NCBI RefSeq assembly: GCF_006345805.1
Contig: NC_043011.1
Span: 12,350,464 to 12,414,463, forward strand
DNA: 64,000 bases
Source of the DNA: Octopus sinensis
Lineage: Eukaryota
Direction of reading: 5' to 3'
The notes beneath the pieces are model-generated. The model did no database searches. It was not told where the DNA came from and saw nothing but the letters and a program-made list of their open reading frames with translations. This document shows, in pieces, positions 39,766 through 52,146 of the stretch. Every line of letters starts with the position of its first letter. The first letter of the stretch is position 1. Position numbers and translations under genes: made by a program.

Positions 39766-39900
39766 ACCAATCAGAATTTGAGAGATTTTTAACCAATCAG
39801 AAATGTTAACCAATTAGAGATTTTAGCAATCAGAACCTAGTAATCTGTAAGCCACATTTTGGTTATTTAAAGAGAAATCCAAACAGTTCACTTCATTCAC
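39766..39900 (+). promoter_or_regulatory. CCAAT-box cluster with TATA-like element and Inr (promoter-like, antisense to PDE4)
   Basis: AACCAATCAG x2, AACCAATTAG, AGCAATCAG; TATTTAAA 39864-39871; TCATTC 39893-39898 with its A 31 nt after the TATA start. Confidence 0.4.
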
Positions 39901-40110
39901 TTGACACCAGACAAGTTCGCAGCTGAAATTTGCCGTATTTTTTCTCTCACAGATACTAACTATATGGAATGGAATTGACTCACTCTTAACTGATGCAAAG
40001 CACTAAACTGAATGAAAAATTTTTGCTGTGTTTATCTTGATCAGTTTGGGGAACAAATAAATTGAAAAATCATTTATAATCAATAAATATTATTTAATTC
40101 TTTACATTGG

Positions 40111-40233
40111 TGTAATGAGAGTGACTTTACATTAAGATGTGCTCACAAAAGTGTGACGTCACAAGTTTGTATGTATGACGATGTAAATAAAAACATAGTA
40201 ATGGCTGCACCCTGTGTCATGTCATAATTTGCA
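40111..40233 (+). mobile_element. Short 5' LTR of a Gypsy/Ty3 retrotransposon relic
   Basis: TG...CA ends, AATAAA at 40186, immediately followed by the PBS. Contains TGACGTCA at 40154-40161. Confidence 0.65.
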
Positions 40234-40248
40234 TGGTGTCAGAAGTGG
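40234..40248 (+). promoter_or_regulatory. Primer-binding site TGGTGTCAGAAGTGG (tRNA-Leu type)
   Basis: Canonical TGG-starting PBS between LTR end and gag ATG. Confidence 0.75.
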
Positions 40249-40266
40249 TATTGAACAGTTGCCCGA

Positions 40267-40740
40267 ATGGATCAGATAAGAAGCCTGAATGAGCTTAATC
40301 TTGAAGGCAATGTAGCCAAGAGCTGGAAATGGTGGATACAAAGGTTTGAACTTTACCTTACAGCTAGCAGAATTGCAACTAAATCACAGAATGTGAAGTG
40401 TGCTACACATGGCAAAAGTGGCTGCAGTTCAAGTGTTTTACTCTTTTGAGTGGAGTGAGGAAGCGGATAGCAAGAATTACGACAAAGTGAAGCAAAAGTT
40501 TCAGGAATACTGTGAACCTAAGAAAAATGTGACGATTGAGAAACATGCAAAGAAATCAATGCCATAAATATCAGAAGGGGTCCAAGAAGAAAGTATGACC
40601 CTAAAGGTAGAACAAAAGAATAGCCTCAGTGTAGACAATGTGGTTACAAACATGCTAAAGACAAGTGTCCAGCTGCTGGAAATGTTTGTGACAAATGCAG
40701 TGGTAAACATCATTTTGCCAGATTGTGTAAAACTAGATTA
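40267..40740 (+). pseudogene. Deleted and frameshifted Gypsy gag
   Basis: LEGNVAKSWKWWIQRFELYLTAS..., FEWSEEADSKNYDKVKQKFQEYCEPKKNVTIEKH and the double zinc knuckle CRQCGYKHAKDKCPAAGNVCDKCSGKHHFARLC (40630-40728). Confidence 0.85.
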
Positions 40741-42654
40741 CCTTCTAGGCAAGACAGCTTAGGCTACCAGATAGAACCTTAACCTTAATTCTTCCAAGAT
40801 CAACATAACTTTATATCCTTTCAAGATGAATAAAAACATAACCACCCCAGGACAGTTAATTGATAGAATTGTAAGAATCAAAACGAATATCTTCTGGTAT
40901 TCATCTCAGGTCTCTCTGTCCTGAGCTCAAATCCTACCAAGGCCTTCTGGTATGGTAGACGTAATCCATTGTCTAACTTAACCCACCACCTGCTACCCTG
41001 GGTGCCTTGTAAGTACTAGGTTAAGTTAAAGCTTCAGTTTAGGGATACTTAAACTCTCTCCCTCCTTCCAGTCTTGGTTGGTCTGAAAAGGATTATGGGT
41101 ATTACCCTTCCTTATCACCAAAAGATTAAAATGAAAATATATACACGCATGAACACACACACATGTGTAGACACACACACAGCAAAAGAATTTCTGAGTG
41201 AAACAAAGATTTGGTGTTTTGGGTGACAGATGCCAAGTTAACTAAGGGAACCCTTTTAATTCTATTTTAAGATCATAAAAAATGAATATAACTTTAGAAA
41301 AACTGAAGTAGAGAGAGGCGCCTAGCTTACATGTATAACAATTATCTATATAGAAATTTAATTCATAAACACATGGAACATTACAACAAGTTATAATCAT
41401 TTATTAAATAAGGGTATTCAAATAATACAATTACATTTATAAAAATATTTTATATCCTACTGCAGACATTGGCCTGCTACTCTGGCTTAAACTCTTGAAT
41501 AGTTTTCCAAGCACTACAGCCTCTCACCTAATCAATCTTGTTCTTTCTTCAGACTTTCTATCTAGAAACTATGAAAGAAAAAGTATTCAGATGTTGGGGA
41601 ATCGCTAGAATATTTATTGGTTTCTAAACTTCAAAATAGTAAAGTTATTTTAATCTCTAGCTATATTTTCATATCAATAATAATCAGTAGACAGAATCTC
41701 TGATAAGAAGTAATTCCTCATGGAATTGGAATATATAAGTTGGTGCATGGGTTCCTATGCTGGAGAGACTGATGCAGTTGATGTGTGGTTTGACCAACTG
41801 AAGGTCAATGTTTGCAAGAAAAATTTAGGCAGTGAGAGAATTTCAGAGAATTACAGTTTCTTGAGGAAAGAATTGGATGCAACATTTGCAAGAGAATCAG
41901 GAAGATGAGACAGTAGGAGAGATGAAATGAGAAGATTCAAATGTTTTGAGTAGGAGTATACTAGAAAAGATCGTGTAGTTGACTACTTCAGATATGCAGA
42001 AGCTACTGTAAGGTTAGTAATAGAAGGACTATGCCTTTGTGTTTGTAGTAGTAACATGTTAGTGAAAGACTATTTGGAGGCAAATCATGACTGAGGCTCC
42101 TGAAGCTTTGTGACATAACTAACCTAATCATTTGCAACCAATTGTAGAAACTAGTCAGCCACCTAATCGCTTGTTATTAGATTGTACAAGTTTTGAAAGA
42201 TGTACATTGCTGACAAGTCACTAGTGACATCAGAATGGATTAACAAAAGCATAAATGACAAACTATTCTCTCTCCCTTTTATTTATAGTTGTTGTTTGGA
42301 CATAGCAGAGAACATTTAGCTATAAAGATCATGTTTTAACCATTTGTTCTGATTGGTTAGTTTTTTAGGTGCAATTTGTCCCCTAAACAATTACACCAAA
42401 TTACCTGGTCAACCAATCAGATGCACTGAAATGGGCCACGTGTTCTTTTGGCAGAGAAACCTTTCACATCTCTGTGGAGCCTAACAACTTCCTTGAATAG
42501 ATCAGTTTTTCTCTGCTTAGGGAGTCTAGCTTGCGTTGCCACCAGGAAGCTATTGCTCACTTTCTCCATGTTATGACACAATGAAATTCATCACCGACTA
42601 TATCACAGCTACCAACTCTTACTGCATCTAACGCCGACAATGACAACATCATAA

Positions 42655-42913
42655 TTCAATTATGGTCATTGAAAAAGATGGTAGTAGTACCAATAATTGT
42701 CGGAGCCCTGGGAACAGGGAGTAAAAATCTTGAGAAGTACATGGAACAAATAGGGGCTGCAATAAGGGTGGAGCACTTGCAGAAAACAGCACTGCTTGTA
42801 ACTGCTTGAATACTCTGGAAGGCGCTCGAAAAATAAGGAGTGTTACCTTAGTTCACTGGTAGTGAACAGCTGACACTGTAGTACGTCTCCAGTATTACAA
42901 GCTGTGCAAAGGC

Positions 42914-42944
<31 letters not shown>

Positions 42945-42950
42945 GTAATA

Positions 42951-42985
<35 letters not shown>
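42655..42985 (+). mobile_element. 3' end of an R4/Dong-like LINE with (TAA)n tail
   Basis: LWSLKKMVVVPIIVGALGTGSKNLEKYMEQIG...LQKTALL, then a short 3'UTR and (AAT)n. Confidence 0.8.
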
Positions 42986-42986
<1 letters not shown>

Positions 42987-43004
42987 GTTTCAAATTTTGC
43001 CACA

Positions 43005-43140
43005 AGGGCAGTAATTTTGGGGGAGGGGATGAGTTGATTACATCAACCCCAATGTTCAACTGGTACTTATTTTATTGACCCCTGAAAGGATGAAAGGTAA
43101 AGTCGACCTCAACAAAATTTGAACTCAGACCGTAGTGATG
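43005..43140 (-). mobile_element. SINE family B variant, partial
   Basis: Central domain conserved, different tail. Confidence 0.65.
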
Positions 43141-43325
43141 AACAAAAAACAATGTACATGATAAGACTTCCAATCAGTTTTAAGATCTCTTGAACTTGAC
43201 AACCTGCTGTCTACTAGCCATTTCCATGATTGAATACCATAAATTCCATCATCATGTCCCATCACCATCACCTTTCACTTTCTTTCTTTTTCTTTCTGTC
43301 TTTCTTTCTTCCAGCACTGGCCACC

Positions 43326-43359
<34 letters not shown>

Positions 43360-43711
43360 ATTTATGGGTTTTTCTTCTTCTTTCAAATTTGCTTCCATTT
43401 CTTGCCGAGTGTCTTCCCGACTCTTAGGGCAAAGAAACTCATAGTATACATTGGTAGGCCATTAAACTAAACTCACTAGTTCGTTAATTTTTTTTTTTTT
43501 TTGATAGAAATAAAGTTAAATTAAAATACATGGGTAGTAATAGTTCTCACATTGACAATGCTCTTCTCAATACGTGTGATGTACCAGTTAAGACAATCTT
43601 TTGCACTTCATCCATTATTATTATTATTTCATCGATATTAAGCATTTCATCCAGCACGTTAATGATTCTGCCAGCTTGCCGCCTTAATAATAATATTAAT
43701 ATTTATTATAA

Positions 43712-44190
43712 CAATAATAATAATAAATGCCCTGATGCAGTACCATAAATGCCCTGATGCAGTATCAAAACCCTGATGCAGTACCAGGCAGTGGCTCTCA
43801 TGGCTTTTGATCTTAACTGATTGGAAGTGTTATCATGTACATTGTTTTGTCATGGTATAAAAGATAGGATACAGCAAATATTCTGCTCAATACCACAGAT
43901 TTGCTTGTCAGTTGTTTGACCTTAACCAGTGTGAGCATGTCCCTTAGTGGTCGACAATATGTACATCTCTGATCACGAGCAGAAGTAGTGGAGGACCATC
44001 ATAGCCATGTGTTGAGAGGAATTATTTGGGGTTTGAATAAATCATCTCTGGGAACTTGGGTGTTTTGTTCATCCTCCTTAAACTAACCTTATTCAGGGAC
44101 CTTTCCAGTAGGATGGGCTACTTGACCTGAAGAAAATTCTAATTGGACTCCACCTGTAAGGTCATGCACTGTTTATCTTGATATGAGCTC
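43712..44190 (-). mobile_element. Unclassified interspersed repeat with (ATT)n tail
   Basis: Terminal ccctgatgcagta triplicated next to (AAT)n. A fragment recurs at 43143-43187. Confidence 0.45.
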
Positions 44191-44229
44191 ACCATTTTAA
44201 TGCAACTCACAAAATTTAACACAACTATA

Positions 44230-45727
44230 CGTGGTCTGATCAATAAGTATCCAGACTGTTGCCATAGTAACGAAGCTAAAGCATGCAGAGTGAAGCTGCT
44301 TGGTACAGATTAACCTTCAACTCAGTTGTGCACGTGCACTAAGTTTTAATGTTCTAGCTCACTTCTTCTATTTACAGCAATGCTTGGAAGGAACGTGTGT
44401 AGTGTGTGATCACCACATTGCTCATGATAAAGTTGAGCAGAGAATCTGCATCAAATTTTGCCGAAAGCTTGGTGATACCTGATCAGAGGCCTTTACAAAG
44501 TTTTCAAAAATTTTTCATCATTCTTGACACAATGAAGGAGATCTTGTGCAACTGAAACCTGAGTGTCTTTTTGGTCAACTGAAAGCAGTTTTGTCACAAA
44601 CTTGGCAGACAAGCATCCCATACCCATATCGTTAGTGATAATGGACTGAACTGAACCGTAACTAATGTATATAATTTGAACCGTAACTAATCTGCACATC
44701 CTCTGATAACTCACAGATGGGGATTCGACCATCTCCCCTCACAGCTGCACACACATCTGCAATGTTTTTCTCAGTTCTGCTGGTCTCCCAGAATGTTTTT
44801 CACTATCGACATTTTTTCGGCCATCTTGTACACTTGTGTGCAGCTCATAGACTCCTCTCTATGCACTTTCTGCAAGGAATTACAACTGTGTTTCGTGGTC
44901 TGCTACCACAACAGCTCCTTTATAAGATCCAGTTAGCTCAAGACATCATCAGGAGGAACCACATCCGGTTTCGGCCCCTACTCCTCTACCATTTTGACAT
45001 GGCAGGACCCCCACTTTCTGAGGTGTCTTCAGCTCTGGTGTTGGGTGCATGTCTTCTTTCTTCTGTTCCCTGGCCTCTTCGATGTATCCCTTCATATAGC
45101 TGCTTTAGCCCTTCTCTTTCCTCCTCCTTTGCATCCCTCCATCTGGTTCTGAGGTTTTTCTTCTCTTCTCGAATCTTTGCCATCCATCTTTCTCTCCTCG
45201 ATGGTCTGCTCTTTGCTGTTGATTCTACCTTCCTTGTTGTTTCCACTCCAAATCTTTTCTCTCCTTCCTGGTAGATTGTATTAGCCAGGTTTTTGAGCTT
45301 TTGTTCGTCGTCGCCTTTGAATTTGGTGGTCATTCTTGCTACCTCGTTGTCAAATTTTTTATAACTCACTGCATCATTTGCTTTCGGCCACTTCATCTTT
45401 GTCCTCTTCATGCCTATCAGTTTTTTTGACTGTTCCAATTCAACTGTGGAATGAACCTCGCTATGGTTATTTTCCAGGGGGTTCTGGCCACTGGCCTCTG
45501 AGCAGGTATCGCTATGACAAATTTCTCTGCATTGATCAATGCAACGATCACATGCTACACATGTTCCTTCCGAGCACTGCTGTAAACAGCAGAAGTAAGC
45601 TAGAACATTGAAACTTAGTGCACATGCACAGCAGAGTTCACGGCCAATTTGTGCCAAGGGGCTTCATTCTGTGTGCTTTAGCTTCGTTACTATAGCAACA
45701 GTCCGGATACTTATTGATCAGACCCCA
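44230..45727. mobile_element. Rearranged mariner: two 5' ends in inverted orientation, TA-flanked
   Basis: TIR-like ggtctgatcaataagtatcc(a/g)gact at both ends with TA at 44228-9 and 45728-9. Transposase fragments EQRICIKFCRKLG (+) and ISYGSVQSIITNDMGMGCLSAKFVTKLL (-). Confidence 0.85.
44877..45492 (-). mobile_element. R2/Hero-like non-LTR retrotransposon fragment inserted in the mariner
   Basis: KWPKANDAVSYKKFDNEV...EQKLKNLANTIYQEGEKRFG...RRERWMAKIREEKKNLRTRW resembles the pre-RT region of Hero-type elements. The mariner frame resumes on both sides. Confidence 0.65.
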
Positions 45728-45941
45728 TATATTTGTCCCCTGTTCCCTTAGTTAAGCAAACATATTATTTTGAAGCTTATTCTAATACCAACCGAACACA
45801 AGCTTCCACGTTTATTAGATACAAATTAATCTGTTTTCCCCGTTAAATATAATTAACCTAGCAAGTAATCACATACATAACCCGTGCTTCCGTTGAACCC
45901 GTGCTAGTACGGAAAACGGACGTTAAACGATGATGATGATA

Positions 45942-45985
<44 letters not shown>

Positions 45986-46483
45986 AGCTCAATACATAAA
46001 CCTGATGATATTCCACTAAGGTTTATTACCAATTAATAGTAGCTGTGAACATATGATATTTGAATTTCTGCGCTCGTAATTAATCAACTCTGAACAACCG
46101 CAAATATTTCAGAGAACTAATCAAGAGTATACTCATTTTGTTGTTTTATTTTTTCCTTAATGATAGATATTGTTTCAATTAGCTTATTAGGATTAGTATT
46201 TGAGGAGAAACTGTCAAGTGATCACTATAGGATGTGACTAATACTTGATTTGGTTACTGATGAGTAATTATTTAATTGTAGAACGTTACTTACATTTAGG
46301 TACATATAACATAACACAACCATTTACTGGATTTGTATCTTATAAATACACAATGGTTACACTTAGAATAACTAGAATTCCAAGCAGAAAAATAGTTTTC
46401 TTTGACAAGGGTGAAATGCTCGTCATATATTCATAAACCAATTAAAATATAAAACAAAATCTTTACATATGAAACCGAATTGA

Positions 46484-46891
46484 TATTTACTACCCACAAG
46501 AGGCTAAACACAGAGAGGACAAATAAAGACAGACAAAGGGATTAAGTCGATTATATCGACCCCAGTACGTAACTGGTAATTAATTTATCGACTCCGAAAG
46601 GATGAAAGGCAAAGTCGACCTCAGCAGAATTTGAACTCAGAACGTAAAGACAGACGAAATATCTATTTCTTTACTACCCACAAGGGGCTAAACACAGAGG
46701 ACAAACAAGGACAGACAAACGGATTAAGTCGATTTTATTGACCCCAGTGCGTAACTGGTACTTATTTAATCGACACCGAAAGGATGAAAGGCAAAGTTGA
46801 CCTTTGCGGAATTCGAACTCAGAATGTAACGGCAGACAAAATACTGCTAAGCATTTTGCCCGGCGTGCTAACGATTCTGCCAGCTCGCCGT
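46484..46891 (-). mobile_element. SINE family B head-to-tail dimer
   Basis: Full monomer followed by a head-truncated monomer, junction at about 46661. Confidence 0.88.
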
Positions 46892-46924
46892 AAATTGATA
46901 TTTACCTTCATCTATCTACCTGTT

Positions 46925-46962
<38 letters not shown>

Positions 46963-47218
46963 AGTACAAACACAGACTCACGTACACGCGTGCACAAGCA
47001 TATGTTTTGTTACACATTTGTTTTATACTTATTTACATTATTTACAATCGATGGATATTTGTCCTCATCTTGTTTGTTGTTAACTCAACATTTCGGCTGA
47101 TATACGTTAACAACAAACAAGATGAGGACAAATATCCATCAATTGTAAATAATGTACGTAATTCCTCATCTTTTAAATATAGAACTGTTATTTTTGTATC
47201 AAAATATAAATCATTATA

Positions 47219-47443
47219 GGCGCAGGAGTGGCTGTGTGGTAAGTAGCTTGTTTACCAACCACATGGTTCCGGGTTCAGTCCCACTGCGTGGCACCTTGGG
47301 CAAGTGTCTTCTACTACAGTGTTGGACTGACCAAAGCCTTGTGAGTGGATTTGGTAGACGGAAACTGAAAGAAGCCCGTCGTATATATGTATATATATGT
47401 ATGTTTGTGTGTCTGTGTTTGTCCCCTTGGCATTGCTTGACAA
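47219..47443 (+). mobile_element. SINE family A, 5' half
   Basis: ggcgcaggagtggctgtgtgg head, 3'-truncated. Confidence 0.85.
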
Positions 47444-47860
47444 CTTGCCTCATTTATATGCATTTGTCACCCACCTGTATTTGACAACTGAAGTTGGTTT
47501 GTTTCTACCTTTGTAACTTAGCAGTTTGGTAAAATGGTGCCAAAAGTTTTAACACATCCATATGCACATAGACACATATGAAGGCACGCATATTAAAGGT
47601 TTGGGCACCCACCCAATCTTGCCCTCCAAAAAAAATAACCCCTACACACATCAATCTTGTGCACATATCACCCCACCACCCACACACTCTTATTAAGCCA
47701 TTAATCTCAGGTATTTTGTTGGTTAAAACATGATAAATCCTTTGCTTAATCGTCTCTTGCAACTTTGGTTTCTTTTTCCCACGACCCACAAACCGGATGT
47801 GACATCTTCCTTTCACCTCAAAACAGAGAGTAGTCACTATTTTTTTCCATACTTGATACT

Positions 47861-48268
47861 TATTTACTCATTTACTTGTTTCAAGTCATTTGACTGTGGC
47901 CATGCTGGAGCACCGCCTTTAGTCGAGCAAATCGACCCCGGGACTTATTCTTTGTAAGCCCAGTACTTATTCTATCATTCCCTTTTGCCGAACCGCTAAG
48001 TTATGGAGACGTAAACACACCAGCATCGGCTGTCAAGCGATGTTGGGGGGTGACAAATACAACACACAAACATACACACATATATATATATACATATATA
48101 TATATACGACGGGCTTCTTTCAGTTTCCGTCTACCAAATCCACTCACAAGGCTTTGGTCGGCCCGAGGCTATAGTAGAAGACACTCGCCCAAGGTGCCAC
48201 GCAGTGGGACTGAACCCGGAACCATGTGGTTTGTAAGCAAGCTACTTACCACACAGCCACTCCTACGC
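47861..48268 (-). mobile_element. SINE family A
   Basis: Full length. Confidence 0.9.
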
Positions 48269-48793
48269 TAATGTTCTTGATTAATTATCAAGAAAAAAAA
48301 TAGTCCAAGACAGCAAAGGGGAAGTAGAAAAAAAAATAACGAAGATATAAATATATTCTCTTGGAAAATTCCACATCTGTAGATGACTGCATGTTGTCGC
48401 CTTACTGTAAGTGAAATATAAACCAAGGGAAATAATTTCAGTAATATAAAGTAATATAAAGTTATTTCCCTTTGAACACAAAACTAGGAATTGCATCGTA
48501 ATATGTTGAAAAACTTTGGTTGTTTTATAAAACATTAAACTACTATGCTACGCATATATTTGGCGTTAAGTTGGCTCAAATCCAAGGCAAAGCAAACCAA
48601 CAGTTGAACAATTGGCTGTTAACTACAGACCTAGATTTTCAGACACATTAGGCCTCTGCTTAACTGAACATCATATGTCACACATTCCAACATTCATTTG
48701 TTAATTGTATGGCGTACATAGCAACAGGCTGGACACACAACACTCTCTTTTCGTTGCCCAGATGTTATAAGAATAGGAATTGAAGCAGTGAAG

Positions 48794-49212
48794 GGATCTT
48801 TTCGGTTTGAACGGCAGTTTTTAAAAATAATTTCCACGTAACTAAACACTTTTAAACTTCGTATACTGGTAGAATGTGTTTATAAAACATCTTTTTCTCT
48901 TGGCTTTATTGAGAAAATTCTATAGTTTGTAAGATATATGTTGTTGTTTTTTCTGCAATTTCTGCAATTTCAACCAATCAATGATGTGTATTGAGGTAAA
49001 AAACATTCTGTGCTGTATGAATATGTCCCTCGTTTTAGAAACAGATTGGGTTTATTTACATTTGTGAAGAAAAAAAGATACCCTTCCCCCCACCACAAAC
49101 CCTAACCCTAAAATTGACTGAAATGCAATAGATCGATACTAGGGACATAATTATGGGTGACAATTTCATATGACACTGCTCGAAAAAACTGCCGTTCAAA
49201 CCGAAAAGATCC
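48794..49212 (+). mobile_element. MITE with 28-bp TIRs (hAT-like)
   Basis: GGATCTTTTCGGTTTGAACGGCAGTTTT ... AAAACTGCCGTTCAAACCGAAAAGATCC. Confidence 0.9.
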
Positions 49213-50397
49213 GTGTAAGGGGTTCAAAATATTAAGGCACACTTGAAAAAGAGTTTACATTCATCTCTAAAGCTAAGACTAAAACATCTACAAATAAAAT
49301 CTAACCAAATTCTATGTACAAAGCTTGAAGACAAATATAGCAACTCACTTTTCAGAATTGTTTTCATTTTAAACTTTATCTTCTATTTATGTGTAAGAAT
49401 TAACACTTCCTTCTCTAAGCCTAGATTCGAAACCGAATCCAAGAATTCTCGGTCGTCCAAACCACGACGATCAACAGGCGCGAAAAAAGGTTTTCTTTGT
49501 CCTGTCATAAATTGATTGATCATCTCCCTTTGACCTGCGACCTCATCATGTCAGGCGAAGTTCAACTGGACAAGCACTGACCTATTTAGGTACAAACTCT
49601 GCTGCAGTATGTCTGTTTTTCTAGCTGTCACAAATATTATAAATACAAGGGTGAAACAGAAAGGTAGGCAGACAATGGCAGCAGAGACGGGAGCAGACAG
49701 ACGAGATAGATCTATCTACGACCCAAGGTTTTTGGCAGACGACAGAGACAGAGAGAAATGTTCAAAGTGCCGATAGACTATTGTTTCGAATGAAACACGC
49801 ACATACGCACACACACAAGCATATTCATTCCTACTATGTACTCTGTATTTCTAGCAACTCATAGCAGTTGCCTACATTTTGTATGTAGTGTACCTATAAT
49901 GAATCAAACCCTGTAAATAAATGCTTTTCAATCATGAATCGGTTTACGTATTTGTTTACATACACATTCCGTTTGCATCTATGTTCACTGATACACACTT
50001 AACCACTACATATGTATAACTATTTATTTTTCAAGATGTTATCCTTATTTCCTGCCAGTTACTTGCTAGTTTATTGCAGACAACCCATACATTTTTTGTC
50101 TGTCTATTGTATTTTTGGACTAGGTACAAGGCCAAAAATATCTCTCCCGTAATGTAAAATAATGATGTCTTTATGCCCAACCTCAGACTTTTGGACAGGT
50201 TGAAGTATTATTAATGCCTTTCTTCAAATATTCATTAGAATCAACAATAGAATAAATGGTTAAAACATGTGATAGTGAGCTAACTCTGCCTGTCTGGTAA
50301 ATATTGTTAAATAATAATGACCTTTTCGAAATCAGTGACGGAAGTTACTAGAAAAACACATATATTTGCATACAGGCTTTCCCTTTCATCGTGATCC

Positions 50398-50636
50398 AGT
50401 GATTACAGCCCGTTGACAAGAGGCAACAACCTCGAAATAGCGGGCTGGTGCGTATCACTTAGGCTTACGAGAAAGGGATGGCCTCCCTTTGCAAATACCA
50501 TAAGGGCACAGATAGTGTGCCTAAAGCCAGCTGGAGACGATGATCTCCTGGGGCTAAAAGCTACAGTAACACCCACCCTTTGTGGTTAGCCATATTGAGA
50601 TGGCTATTATACTTTACACTGTCGAGCGGTTACTGT
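50398..50636 (+). other. Five-domain hairpin cluster, candidate structured RNA element
   Basis: Stems CAGCCCG/CGGGCTG, AAAGGGA/TCCCTTT, GGCACA/TGTGCC, GGAGA/TCTCC, ACAGTAAC/GTTACTGT and TAGCCAT/ATGGCTA. Confidence 0.55.
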
Positions 50637-52146
50637 TTACATCTCATTCAGAGATTTAATAATGCTTACATCTCGTTCAGAGATTTAAAAATGATGATCT
50701 TGTTTGACTGGAAACAAAGCAATAATTGTAAGGAGGAAGAATTACATTTGATGTAACCCAAGTATAGTCATCATCATCATCATCATCTTCATCATCTTCA
50801 TTAACATTCACTTTCTTAGTGAATCAAAAAGGCAAACAAGGGATCCCCCTCCATGAATTTTAGCCAACCTAGCACCTGCAGAACTTCCTAAATGGAATGA
50901 CTAATGAAAAGTTACCTTGATTTCTTTTTACTAGTGTGCCCCACCTGATGATGAATCAGGTCTCATGCAGCCTGCTTTTTGATATAAAGGTGGCCTATGC
51001 CTACTCTACATACTTTGATTGATCAGCTAGAAATGGTAGCCAAATTTTTGTTCAAATCAATGTTTTGAAAAAAATTTCATTGTATTGCTTTCTCAAGTTT
51101 CTTCTGTTACAGGTACATTACATCATCAGCATCTGATCTTTATACCCAGTGATTTTCTCCCCTCCATACACACACAAGCATGTATCTGACTCATACATTG
51201 TTTGCTTTCCAGGCTTTATACGCACTTTCTGACAAGTTGTGGTGCACCTGAGCACTGTATACAATAATTTCATTATTATTATTATTTTCATTATTATTAT
51301 TTCCATCTCTTTCAGTTGATACTTTTCAACCTCCTTGTGTTCCACCTTTTATGCAAGTTAATCTTGTATGTGTAAGTGGATAATATTCAGTTTATTACCG
51401 TTCAACCATTGCATATCTTTGGCATATATCAAATTTCATGCTTTTTAAACATGCGTTATATATTCCATTTCTTGATATCAACTGAGATAAAAACCCTTTG
51501 AACTTATTCAATTCTTATTGTAGCTGCTTTACTATCACTACAACCACAAACATCCAGGTACTAGTTAAATTATCTAAATAATGGAAACTAGCAATTACAT
51601 CTAGTGAGATACCAATATCATGGTAAGAATTCCTGGTAGAATTTCAAATTAAAAACTGCGAAATAAAAAATAATTAGGATCCATGAAAGAATCCTTGAAC
51701 TGCTTAATTATCTTAATTATATTTGTTATTTATTCTTTAATTGTTGGAAATTGTGGTGAGAAACAAATTATGGGAATGAGTTTTGCTTGACAAGAATACC
51801 CCAATGCAATGAACCTCACACTCTCAACAGCACAAAATATTTTCTATAGCATCAACCAAGAAGGCTACACAATCATTATTATATGGATTCCTTTTACCCA
51901 GTAGAGTTTATGGTTTTTAATACATTTGATATCCTATTTACAAACAGCATAACATAATTACATATGAATTTTAAAAAATTCTTAATTGAAATTTAGAAAA
52001 GCAAACAAACCCCTTGTGATTGTTAGAGACCAATGGTAACTCATCTCCAGGCACTGCAGCACTGCCTATTTTCAATTGATGCATCATCATCGTTTAGCAT
52101 TCGCTTTCCATGCTAGCATGGATTGGATAAGCATGGGTACAATATA

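Noticed and set aside
42520-42640. Minus-strand GSCDIVGDEFHCV resembling a LINE C-terminal knuckle
   Set aside because: Too short and degenerate to call.
50545-50640. HDV-like or twister ribozyme in the hairpin cluster
   Set aside because: A P1-like pairing GGCUAA/UUAGCC exists, but there is no P1.1 G(G), no canonical L3 or J4/2, and no twister L4 motif.
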